From NCBI RefSeq assembly GCF_003057965.1, contig NZ_CP020921.1, positions 794,916 through 858,915 on the forward strand: 64,000 bases of DNA, in the 5' to 3' direction. The notes beneath the pieces were generated by a model. The model made no database searches and had not been told where the DNA came from. It saw only the letters and a program-made list of their open reading frames with translations. The translations under genes were made by a program, and so were the position numbers. The stretch comes from Thermodesulfobium acidiphilum. Lineage in GTDB: Bacteria > Thermodesulfobiota > Thermodesulfobiia > Thermodesulfobiales > Thermodesulfobiaceae. Of the stretch, positions 10,892 through 19,935 are shown in pieces; position 1 is the first letter of the stretch; the number at the start of each line of letters is the position of its first letter.

Positions 10892-11003
10892 TTTTTATTT
10901 ATATATTTAAAATCTGTTAATGGTGCTATAAATTCCCCAGGTAGGGAGCTTTTAAATTCCCCACAATAAAATATAAAATACCTCCTATGTTAAGAGGTAA
11001 AAA

Positions 11004-11330
11004 ATGGTTCTTTGCTAAGAATATATGATAAACACTTAAGAGAAGTTGCGGTCCACTTGATATCTTTATCTCAAGGTGAATTCATAACAAACAAAATTTA
11101 CAATCCAAAGCTGGAACGCTTTTTATCAAGGCCATATGAATACGAAGAAGATATGAGAGAAATTGGTAAAGATGTCAAAGATTTTTTCTTCAAATTAAAA
11201 TCTTTAAAACCTAATAGCTATCATAGAATTATCTCTGGTATCTTACACCTATAAAAGATATATACAGCAATGAAGTTATTAACAAATCTTTAAAAAGAGC
11301 AAATCTCTATGGCATATATAACTATCTATC
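11004..11330 (+). pseudogene. istA: IS21 transposase IstA remnant (start plus C-terminal fragment)
   Basis: RBS and ATG at 11004 followed by an early stop. Fragment …GILHL / KDIYSNEVINKSLKRANLYGIYNY resembles an IstA C-terminus. Lies upstream of istB inside the IS ends. Confidence 0.55.
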
Positions 11331-11737
11331 CATTGCAATTGAATCTAATTTAAGCTATATAGATTTTTTGTCTCTATTAATAAAAGTTATTATGATACAC
11401 ACGAGCGATCTTTTAAACAAACTCTTAATTGCAAAAAAAGATGGTACTTATTACAACACTTTAAAAGAGCTACTTGATGTTTATCTATTAATTATTGACG
11501 AAATAGGGTTTAAAAGGATAGATACAAATGCAGTAGATGAGTTCTTTGAAATAAATAAGAAAAAGGTATGAGAATGGCTCAATTATAATAACCACGAATA
11601 GACCGTTTGAGGAATGGGCAAATGTATTTGGGGATGCAGTTCTCGCATCTGCTATAGCAGATAGAATCATACAACACTGCTATTTTTTTAAAATAACTGG
11701 TAAGAGCTACATGATGAAGGAGTTGATAAAAAAGTAA
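11331..11737 (+). pseudogene. istB: IS21 helper ATPase IstB remnant (Walker A region deleted, frameshift ~11560)
   Basis: NLSYIDFLSLL, then LLIIDEIGF (Walker B), then in a shifted frame RYENGSIIITTNRPFEEWANVFGDAVLASAIADRIIQH…ITGKSY. Confidence 0.88.
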
Positions 11738-12016
11738 GTAAGACAAACTGGGGAAAATAAAAGCTCCACAGGTGGGGAATTTAAATTGACTTTAACAAAA
11801 ATTCGCTTTCTATATCTTCTGTAGGTTTTTTACACTAGTAAGGTGAAGTTTTCTATTTTATTTTTCTTGCTTCCTTTTCAAATAGATAATTTCTAAAATA
11901 TCTCTTTGCTTAAATTTTGTAGACAATTCTGAATATTTATATAAGAAGTTTTTATATTATATATAAGTAAAATTTATTGTATAATAAAATCAATAAAGGG
12001 TAAAGGAGGGAGAAGG

Positions 12017-12223
12017 ATGAATCTTTATATGGTGTGTTTAAAGTGTAATCCTGATATCTGTGTGGTTGTGAATGCACAAAATGAAGATTTGGCCAAGTTA
12101 AAGGGATTGGATATAATACGTTCTAATGGTTACAAATGTGATTATGCTTCTATTGAAGTTTGTTGCTTAAACACATTTTCACCTGATGGAGAGGAATATA
12201 TGGTAATACCCTTTGCATCTTAA
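12017..12223 (+). CDS. Small Cys-rich hypothetical protein (68 aa, 6 Cys)
   Basis: Strong AAGGAGG RBS, TATAAT at 11980-11985, downstream terminator. Confidence 0.75.
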   Translation: MNLYMVCLKCNPDICVVVNAQNEDLAKLKGLDIIRSNGYKCDYASIEVCCLNTFSPDGEEYMVIPFAS

Positions 12224-12265
12224 GTTTAGTATTCTTATTGAGCTGAATTGATCATTTAAAAGTTT

Positions 12266-12309
12266 AAAAAGACAGGCACAAAATATATATTGTTGCTTGT
12301 CTTTTTTTT
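12266..12309 (+). terminator. Intrinsic terminator, possibly bidirectional
   Basis: Stem AGACAGGCA/TGCTTGTCT, preceded by an A-run and followed by T8. Confidence 0.75.
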
Positions 12310-12354
12310 CTGTAAATTGCATAATTTAACTATTACTATGAATATTTTTTCAGG

Positions 12355-12386
12355 AGAATAATGTATATATAGAATAATGTATATAT
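12355..12386 (+). repeat. Perfect 16-bp tandem duplication AGAATAATGTATATAT x2
   Basis: 12355-12370 is identical to 12371-12386. It lies between the AGGAG RBS and ATG 12385. Confidence 0.9.
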
Positions 12387-12957
12387 GAATAATTTACCTA
12401 TTAATAGAAAATTAAGAGAATCAGTTAAAGAGCTTATTAGCATTTCAAAAAAGTTTGAGTTAGCCAAAACTTTTTCTTTTGAAAAGTATGATATAAATAA
12501 AATTTTAAAAAGAGAACAAAATCTTCCAAAGAATTTATTATGCTTTTCAACTAAAATTATAAAACACGTTTTTAAGTACAATTTTCAAGTTGTAAATGAA
12601 AAAGATAGTTATCTAATAGGTTTCTTAAGCGAAGCTGGTAGGGATAAATTAAATTTTGCAAACAAACTTTTAATTAAGTGTTCTGAAAATCTTAAGTTGC
12701 AAAAGGACTTAAGTCTTTCCAGGTTTGAAAAAAATTATTTTTCTTTTGATGAAGAGTTTAGACTATTAGCCTATCTGCTAATAATTTATAAAATTGGGTT
12801 AAAGGTTGAATTATTTAATTTTTGTAAAAATTTTCCAATTAAATTAAATGAATTTAAAAATTATGAAAAAATAAATATTTTAGAACAAATAAAAAAAATT
12901 AACGTTAATACTGATAAAAGTATAAAAATGCCATTTATTAAAGATCTTATTTTCTGA
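12385..12957 (+). CDS. Hypothetical protein (190 aa)
   Basis: Long ORF in very AT-rich DNA; no motif recognised. Confidence 0.55.
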   Translation: MNNLPINRKLRESVKELISISKKFELAKTFSFEKYDINKILKREQNLPKNLLCFSTKIIKHVFKYNFQVVNEKDSYLIGFLSEAGRDKLNFANKLLIKCSENLKLQKDLSLSRFEKNYFSFDEEFRLLAYLLIIYKIGLKVELFNFCKNFPIKLNEFKNYEKINILEQIKKINVNTDKSIKMPFIKDLIF

Positions 12958-13116
12958 GAATCTATTCATTTTTATAAATATTTTCCTTTTTATAAAATAT
13001 TACTATTTAAAGCAATAAAATATTCTAATAGTAAAAAACTTTTTAAATATTACAAATATTTGTTAAAATTTAATAATAATATATAACTAGTATATTTCAG
13101 AAATAGGAGACAGAAT

Positions 13117-14772
13117 ATGACTGACTATGAAATTTCAAAAAACGCTAAATTAAAAAAAATTTTTGATATTGCAAAAAAATATGAAATACCTGAAGATTCA
13201 TTAAGGCCATATGGTGATTATATAGCAAAAGTAGATTACAGACTTCTGTATGAGTCTAAAAAAGATTTTGGAAAACTTATATTTGTTACTGGAATTACAC
13301 CTACTCCATATGGTGAGGGTAAAACTACTACAGTTATTGGATTAATAGATGCTCTTAATAGATTAGGGTATAAATCTGTCGCTTCTATAAGACAACCATC
13401 ACTTGGTCCAATTTTTGGAATCAAAGGGGGAGCTGCAGGTGGAGGATATGCCCAGGTTGTGCCCATGGACGATATAAACCTTCTTTTTACGGGTGATTTT
13501 CCTGCTATAGAGTATGCAAATAATCTTTTGGCATCTCTAATTGATAATCATATTTTTCATGGAAATGAGTTAGGAATTGATTCTAGAAAGATTAGGTTTA
13601 GAAGGGCTATAGATATGAATGACAGGTCTCTTAGAAGTGTAGTTGTTGGTTTGGGTGGAAGCGCTAATGGATTTCCTAGAGAAGCAGGTTTTGATATTAC
13701 TGCAGCTTCTGAAATCATGGCTATATTTGGTCTTTCATTAAACATCAACGATTTAAAAAAGAAATTAGGAGATATTTTAGTTGGTTTTTCATATGACAAA
13801 AAGCCAATTTATGCCAGAAATCTAAAAGCTGAAGGTGCCATGGCAGTAATACTAAAAAGAGCAATTAATCCAAATTTGGTTCAAACTCTTGAAAATAGTC
13901 TCGCTTTTGTGCACGGTGGGCCATTTGCAAATATAGCTCATGGTACTTCTTCTATTTTATCTATTAAACTTGCTTTAAAATTTTCAGATTATGCTGTAGT
14001 AGAAGGGGGATTTGCTACTGATCTTGGTGGCGAAAAATTTTTAGATATTATTGCAAGGCTTGGAGATTTGAAAGTATGTGCAGTGGTGATAGTAGCTACT
14101 ACTAGAGCACTAAAATACCATGGTGGCTTAAATGTAGATTATATTGAAGATGGCAGTAAAAATCTTATAAGAGGTTTACAAAACTTAGAGAAACATATTG
14201 AGAATATGCAAGTATTTGGGTTAAAAGTCGTTGTTGCATTGAATAAGTTTAGTGAAGATACACAAGAAGAAATTAAAATCGTGAAGGATTTTGTTGAGTC
14301 TATGGGAGTTGGATTTGCTCTTTCAGACGTTTGGGCTCAAGGTGGTAAAGGAGGAGAAGAGTTAGCTAAGAAAATTATTGAGGTTGAGGAGGAGAGGACT
14401 CCAAGATTTATATATAAGCTTGAACAATCTCCAAAAGAGAAAATTGAAAGAATTGCCAAAACTATTTACGGTGCAAGTTTAGTAGAATATTCTCAAGAAG
14501 CAGAGGCAGATCTTAAAGATGTTTCTTTAGTGGGGATGGATAATTCCTTTGTTTGTATGGCAAAAACTCCTTTGTCGTTATCAGCTGATCCAAAGTTAAT
14601 TGGTAGACCAGAGGATTTTAAGATTATGGTTAGAGAAGTTAGAATTTCTCATGGAGCCAATTTTATCGTTCCAGTGCTTGGTAAAATAATGACTATGCCT
14701 GGTCTTCCAAAAGTACCCCAGGCTGTAAAATTCGATATATTTGAAAGTGGCGAGATACAAGGAATATATTAA
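13117..14772 (+). CDS. fhs: Formate-tetrahydrofolate ligase
   Basis: TPTPYGEGKTTT, GIKGGAAGGGYAQV, HGGPFANIAHG, CMAKTPLSLS, MTMPGLPK. Confidence 0.97.
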   Translation: MTDYEISKNAKLKKIFDIAKKYEIPEDSLRPYGDYIAKVDYRLLYESKKDFGKLIFVTGITPTPYGEGKTTTVIGLIDALNRLGYKSVASIRQPSLGPIFGIKGGAAGGGYAQVVPMDDINLLFTGDFPAIEYANNLLASLIDNHIFHGNELGIDSRKIRFRRAIDMNDRSLRSVVVGLGGSANGFPREAGFDITAASEIMAIFGLSLNINDLKKKLGDILVGFSYDKKPIYARNLKAEGAMAVILKRAINPNLVQTLENSLAFVHGGPFANIAHGTSSILSIKLALKFSDYAVVEGGFATDLGGEKFLDIIARLGDLKVCAVVIVATTRALKYHGGLNVDYIEDGSKNLIRGLQNLEKHIENMQVFGLKVVVALNKFSEDTQEEIKIVKDFVESMGVGFALSDVWAQGGKGGEELAKKIIEVEEERTPRFIYKLEQSPKEKIERIAKTIYGASLVEYSQEAEADLKDVSLVGMDNSFVCMAKTPLSLSADPKLIGRPEDFKIMVREVRISHGANFIVPVLGKIMTMPGLPKVPQAVKFDIFESGEIQGIY

Positions 14773-14826
14773 TCTTAAGGTTTTTAAATATTTTGATTCA
14801 TTTGGCTAAAATAGCAAGTTAAAATT

Positions 14827-16332
14827 TTATAACATATCTATACTTTCAAAGTTTTGTTTTATTAAATCTGTTCTTCTAATACTCTTTTTAGTAAATGATA
14901 TTATTACAGCTATTATGCATACTACCAAAAGACTTATCATTGTTACTGAAAAACCTTTCATAAAGGCTATCTTATAGATTGTAAACGGAGCTTTTGATTC
15001 AATAATATACCCGTGTTGTGCAAGAGTATTTAGTTTTAATGATGTAAATATCATACTTGATATGTCTACTCCGAATATAAGACCCAGTGCTCTCATCATG
15101 TTTAACACTCCACCGGCAACGCCAAGCTTGTCTTCTGGAGCCGAAAGCATTATTGCGCTGTTGTTGGGTGGAGTGAAAATGCCCATTCCTAAACCAAGTA
15201 TTACAAATACAAATGTTAAAAAATAAATATTAATATTATTATTTAAAAAAGATAAAAGAAAGGTCGCTACTACACACACCATCATTCCAATAGTAGTCAT
15301 AATTCTCGATCCAATTTTATCTGATATGGCTCCTGCGAATGGAGCTATCAAAGCCATGGCAAGCGGTATAGGTGTTAATATAGATCCTACGATTTCTGCA
15401 TCGTAGTGCATAATATCTTCAAGATAAAATGGCATCAAGAATAGAACTGCAAAAAGCACATAGTATGATAAAAAGCCTGTAATGTTTCCAGTAGAAAAAT
15501 CCCAATTTTTAAAAATTCTTAAGTCTAACATAGGATTAGCAGTTTTCAATTCCCTATATATAAACAAAGGCAGTATTATAAGGAAAGCTAAAAAGCAAAA
15601 TATAATAAATGGTGATGTCCAACCTATTTTAGTCCCCTGATCTATTGCCAGTACAAGAGATCCTAATCCCAAAGCACACAAAATAACCCCGAGAAAATCA
15701 ATTTTGTTGTCCTTCTTTAAGCTGGGCTTGCTGGCTGGCAAGATAAATAGTGCCATTAATGTGCCAATAATTCCTATTGGTACATTAATGTAAAATATCA
15801 GCCTCCAATTTAAAAGAGAGATAAGTATACCGCTGATAAACGGACCTATAGACATTGCTATAGCTTGGACTGCTCCCTGTATTCCTATAGCTCTGCCTAA
15901 TTCATTCTTTGGAAATGACTGTGTAATGATCGCTACTGAGTTTGCCTGGAGCATCCCAGCACCTACTGCCTGAAGTACACGAGAGAATATCAAAAAATAA
16001 GCATTTGGAGAAATTCCACAAAGAGCTGAACCTATTGTGAATATGATAAATCCTATGTTATACATCTTGGTTCTTCCGAACATATCGGCAAGTCTTCCAA
16101 AAAATGGTAGAAAAACCGTTAAGGTTAACATATAACCCATTACGACCCATTCAACTAATGCCATTGGAACTTCAAATCTGTTTTCGATTGTTGGAGTAGC
16201 TACGTTTACTATACTTACGTCTAATGCAGACATTGTAGCACCAATTAGAACGGTTAGTAGGATAAACCATTTCCACTTTGGATTTGAAGAAAAATATGGA
16301 TGAGGAAACACTATCTCTTTTGTCATAAGCAT
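14827..16332 (-). CDS. DHA2 (EmrB/QacA-like) MFS efflux transporter
   Basis: LDVSIVNVATP, GRLADMFGR, WRLIFYINVPIG; about 14 hydrophobic segments. Confidence 0.92.
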   Translation of the reverse strand: MLMTKEIVFPHPYFSSNPKWKWFILLTVLIGATMSALDVSIVNVATPTIENRFEVPMALVEWVVMGYMLTLTVFLPFFGRLADMFGRTKMYNIGFIIFTIGSALCGISPNAYFLIFSRVLQAVGAGMLQANSVAIITQSFPKNELGRAIGIQGAVQAIAMSIGPFISGILISLLNWRLIFYINVPIGIIGTLMALFILPASKPSLKKDNKIDFLGVILCALGLGSLVLAIDQGTKIGWTSPFIIFCFLAFLIILPLFIYRELKTANPMLDLRIFKNWDFSTGNITGFLSYYVLFAVLFLMPFYLEDIMHYDAEIVGSILTPIPLAMALIAPFAGAISDKIGSRIMTTIGMMVCVVATFLLSFLNNNINIYFLTFVFVILGLGMGIFTPPNNSAIMLSAPEDKLGVAGGVLNMMRALGLIFGVDISSMIFTSLKLNTLAQHGYIIESKAPFTIYKIAFMKGFSVTMISLLVVCIIAVIISFTKKSIRRTDLIKQNFESIDML

Positions 16333-16495
16333 TGTCCCCTTTTGTTTTGTTTAGATTATTTTAAAACTAAACTATGTTTAATGTATGAAATTTGAATTAT
16401 AATCAGATTAAAATTAATTTAACTTCATATTAGAAAATATAATTTATTTTAATAATATTTTAATTATTAAATTTTAATTGGTTTTACTAATAATC

Positions 16496-17044
16496 TTAAT
16501 CAAAATCAAATAGCGAATTTTTGACTTTTGGATTTTTGATTGAGTCAGGCATAGTGAAAAAGGCGATAGATAATAGAATCCATGATATGAACATTCCAAT
16601 AAATCCTATAGCTAAAATTGTTAATATTGCACTCCAGAACATTACGTCTCCTGATGTTTTGAAAAGTTCAGTGTCCGTAAATAAAGCTATTAGAATTAAA
16701 CTCTTTCGAAAAAAAACAGCAGAGGCAATTATAAATGAATAAAAAATTATAAGACTTAAAAAAATATTTGTTCCAAAATACCAATGCTCAGAAAATACTG
16801 ATAAAACGGTATATAGACCAAGAAAGAGAGAGATAGTAACTCCTATAATGCTTATTAAAAAAGATTTTATAATATTTGAGTAAATTTCACCTTCTTTTAG
16901 GAGTCGTGATATATTGTATATTGATATCATAAACATTATTACACCAATTATGAAAAATATATGACCTATACCGGGAATTAGAGCAAATGCAATTAAACCA
17001 GAACCTAATCCGCCAAGTATTTTTTCTTTTGAGAAATTTAGCAT
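16496..17044 (-). CDS. Membrane protein, DUF996-like
   Basis: Several TM segments; KILGGLGS N-terminus and LSIAFFTMP C-terminus resemble DUF996. Confidence 0.65.
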   Translation of the reverse strand: MLNFSKEKILGGLGSGLIAFALIPGIGHIFFIIGVIMFMISIYNISRLLKEGEIYSNIIKSFLISIIGVTISLFLGLYTVLSVFSEHWYFGTNIFLSLIIFYSFIIASAVFFRKSLILIALFTDTELFKTSGDVMFWSAILTILAIGFIGMFISWILLSIAFFTMPDSIKNPKVKNSLFDFD

Positions 17045-17222
17045 TTCTACTCCATAAAAATTTATAAAATGTTATAAAGTATATTTTACTATAAAATTTA
17101 TATGATAATCCTTTCGGAGAGATTCAAGAATAGCTATATTTTGAATCAATATTTTGATCCTTATTCTTATGTTTACTAATATGTTAAAATAAACTATATA
17201 TCTTGAGAGGAGAAGTTTTCAG

Positions 17223-17720
17223 TTGATTTGCAAAAGAAAAATTATCACGCATCCTAATTCACTTTTAAGAAAAAGAAGTTTTCCAGTATTGCAATTCGAT
17301 AAAAATCTTGAGAATTTGGTTGAAGAGATGGAATATCTGATGGTTTCAAATAATGGTGTAGGTCTTGCTGCTCCTCAAGTTGGAGAATTGAGCAGATTAT
17401 TTATATACAAGATTAATGATATACTACAGGTAGTTGTGAATCCTGAAATAATTGAAAAAGTAGGTTCAGAAGTTGATGTTGAGGGATGTTTATCTGTCCC
17501 TGGGGTTTTTGGTCCTGTAGAGAGAGCTTTTAAAGTGATTGTTCAGGCTCAGGATATATATGGTGATACAATAATTCTAAACAAAGAGGGTTATGAAGCT
17601 AGAGTTATTCAACACGAACTTGACCACCTTAACGGCGACCTCTTTATTGATAAGGCAAAATACTTAGAGACTGCTGAAGAAAGATCGAGAAAAGAAAAAG
17701 AAAAACTTGGAAAGGATTAG
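17223..17720 (+). CDS. def: Peptide deformylase
   Basis: GVGLAAPQ, EGCLS, QHELDHL. Confidence 0.97.
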   Translation: MICKRKIITHPNSLLRKRSFPVLQFDKNLENLVEEMEYLMVSNNGVGLAAPQVGELSRLFIYKINDILQVVVNPEIIEKVGSEVDVEGCLSVPGVFGPVERAFKVIVQAQDIYGDTIILNKEGYEARVIQHELDHLNGDLFIDKAKYLETAEERSRKEKEKLGKD

Positions 17721-17751
17721 TTATTAAAGTTTTTTGGGAGGAAAATTTTTT

Positions 17752-18669
17752 TTGGATTTATTTTTTTTTGGCACACCTACTTATTCTGTGAACGTTTTAG
17801 AAAGGTTGAAACGCTCAAAACATCAAATTGTAGGGATAGTTACGAAAAAACCTTCTTTTTTTGGGAGAAAAAAGATTCTAAAACCGTCTCCAGTGGAAGC
17901 ATTTGCGAGGCAGAATTATATCCCCCTTTACAGTGGGAAAACTAAAGATAAAGAATTTATAGATTTTTTTAAAGAATTAAACCCTGAAATTGGAATAGTA
18001 GCTTTTTTTGGAGAAATAATTCCAACGAGAGTAATAGATTTATTTAAATATAAGATGATTAATCTCCATCCCTCTTTATTGCCAAAATATAGAGGTATAG
18101 CTCCAGTGCCAAGGACTATTTTAAACGGCGAAGATATCTTTGGGGTAACAATACATGAAGTTATTAAAGAACTGGATGCGGGGGATATATACGATCAGAT
18201 TTCATTTAAAATTCATGAAAAGAAGAGTTCAGGGGAGTTATTAGATTTTTTGTCAAAAAAGGGCTCTGACCTGCTTGTTCAGGTGTTAGACAATATTGAA
18301 AAAGGTGATTTAAAAAAGATTCCTCAAAATAATGAAGAGGCAACATATGCTGAAGTTTTAAGATTTGATGAAGTAATATTCTCTTTTAATGAAAAAGCAA
18401 TCGAAATTGAAAGGAAGGTTTTAGCAGCAAATCCAGATCCTATTGCTAGAACAAAAATTAGTAAAGGCGATCTTTTAGTTTATAAGGCTTTTGCTATTGA
18501 GGGGGTGGGGGAGCCGTCTAAAATCGTTGGTATTGAAGGGGATGCTTTAAAGGTTGGAACTGGTGAAGGAATTATTTTGCTATTAGAAGTTCAATTTCCA
18601 GGGAAAAAGAGGATAAAAGGAAAAGATTTGTTAAACGGTTTAAGATTGAAAATTGGAGATTTTCTTTAG
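17752..18669 (+). CDS. fmt: Methionyl-tRNA formyltransferase
   Basis: FFGTP, NLHPSLLPKYRG, LDAGDI; follows def. TTG 17752 chosen because GGAGG lies upstream (ORF open from 17734). Confidence 0.95.
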   Translation: MDLFFFGTPTYSVNVLERLKRSKHQIVGIVTKKPSFFGRKKILKPSPVEAFARQNYIPLYSGKTKDKEFIDFFKELNPEIGIVAFFGEIIPTRVIDLFKYKMINLHPSLLPKYRGIAPVPRTILNGEDIFGVTIHEVIKELDAGDIYDQISFKIHEKKSSGELLDFLSKKGSDLLVQVLDNIEKGDLKKIPQNNEEATYAEVLRFDEVIFSFNEKAIEIERKVLAANPDPIARTKISKGDLLVYKAFAIEGVGEPSKIVGIEGDALKVGTGEGIILLLEVQFPGKKRIKGKDLLNGLRLKIGDFL

Positions 18670-18672
18670 AGT

Positions 18673-19935
18673 TTGAGCATTACAAATTCAAGACTTTATG
18701 CATTCAAAACTTTAAAAAGAATAATTTATCAAGGTGCTTATCTACACCTAGTTACAAAATATGTTAATTTAAGTGGTAGAGATAGGGCCTTCTTTAAATT
18801 AATAGTTAATTTAGTTTTAAAGAGTGGATATAAATTATTTGAGAAACTTTCCAAAGAAAAATTATCAAAAAGTGAAATAATAGCACTAATGATGGTATTT
18901 GTTGAACTCAAACTTCTTAGAAAAGAAAGATATGTTGTATTTAGTCAATACAAAACACTTCCAGAAAAAGATTTTAGTGAAAAAAGATTTCTTAAAGCAT
19001 TAACAAAATTTGAAAATGAAAAAAGCTTAATTAAAAACGATATTAGCCTTCCCAATTTCATAGTCGACCAAATAATCAATTCAAAACTAGATATAAGCGG
19101 TTTTACTCGCAATTTTATATCAACTCCATTAACCGGTTTTTTCATATTATCTAGGACTGAAAAAACTTTAGATTTATTAAAATCGTTATCAGGAAAACTT
19201 TATCCAGGTAAGATTTTTAAAAATTATTATTATACTGAATCTTTTTCTGAAGTATTAGAAATTTTGCCTCAAGATAGTTATATTGTTATCTCTGAGAGTT
19301 CAATGTTGTCTGTTTTACTTCTGAATCCAAAACCTGGTGAAAAAATTATAGAAGTAGGCGCTTCACCTGGGGGGAAAAGTGTGTTTTTGGAATATATACT
19401 AAAAGATTATAAAGATAAATTAAACAGACTTAAAAAGATTATTTCAGTTGATATTTCAAAAAATAGAATTAGTGCATTGAAAAAAACCTGTGAAAAATAT
19501 AACTTAAAACTGATTAGTCCAACTTTATACACTGAAAAAACAGTTTTTGACGTTTCTGATAAAATTCTTATAGATGCCCCTTGCAGCGGCCTTTCTACAC
19601 TTGGTAGTAAACCTGATATTATTTTTCACTTAAAAGAAAGTGACATAAAATTGCTAGCTAAAAAGCAGGAAGATATTTTAAATTTTTACAAAGACTTTAT
19701 TAAAGTAAAGGGAAAATTAGTTTATTCAGTTTGCACCTTCACTGAAATGGAAGGTAAAATTCAAATTGAAAAATTTTTACATAAAAACAAAAACTTTAAG
19801 ACTTTTGAGGGCGTTTTGTCTTCTAAGTATATTAATCAGGATATAATTATTAAAAATGGGATGTTAGACATTGACTGGGTTGCACTTTCTCTGGAACCCT
19901 TTTTTATTTGTTGTTTGGAGAAAGTAGATGAATAA
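18673..19935 (+). CDS. rsmB: RsmB/Sun-family RNA m5C methyltransferase
   Basis: ASPGGKS, DAPCSG, YSVCT; def-fmt-sun-rlmN synteny. Confidence 0.88.
   Translation: MSITNSRLYAFKTLKRIIYQGAYLHLVTKYVNLSGRDRAFFKLIVNLVLKSGYKLFEKLSKEKLSKSEIIALMMVFVELKLLRKERYVVFSQYKTLPEKDFSEKRFLKALTKFENEKSLIKNDISLPNFIVDQIINSKLDISGFTRNFISTPLTGFFILSRTEKTLDLLKSLSGKLYPGKIFKNYYYTESFSEVLEILPQDSYIVISESSMLSVLLLNPKPGEKIIEVGASPGGKSVFLEYILKDYKDKLNRLKKIISVDISKNRISALKKTCEKYNLKLISPTLYTEKTVFDVSDKILIDAPCSGLSTLGSKPDIIFHLKESDIKLLAKKQEDILNFYKDFIKVKGKLVYSVCTFTEMEGKIQIEKFLHKNKNFKTFEGVLSSKYINQDIIIKNGMLDIDWVALSLEPFFICCLEKVDE

Larger units (their letters stand above)
10915..11797 (+). mobile_element. Internally deleted IS21-family element (883 bp) with intact terminal inverted repeats
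   Basis: Ends are TGT…ACA. Left end TGTTAATGGTGCTATAAATTCCCCAGGTAGGGAGCTTTTAAATTCCCCAC matches right-end reverse complement TGTTAAAGTCAATTTAAATTCCCCACCTGTGGAGCTTTTATTTTCCCCAG, each with two TTCCCCA sub-repeats. Contains IstB-like fragments. Confidence 0.9.

Noticed and set aside
11798-11940. Possible degraded minus-strand gene interrupted by the IS
   Set aside because: Only short open stretches with no recognisable motif; cannot be supported by eye.
12355-12395. ATAATGTATAT resembling the E. coli dif core
   Set aside because: The XerD arm (TTATGTTAAAT-like) is not present. The match is explained by the AT-rich 16-bp duplication.
12958-13116. ZTP/THF riboswitch or Rex box upstream of fhs
   Set aside because: The region is almost pure A/T. 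TGTTAAAAT fits an extended -10 (also seen at ~10410 and ~17182), and the spacing does not fit a Rex palindrome.
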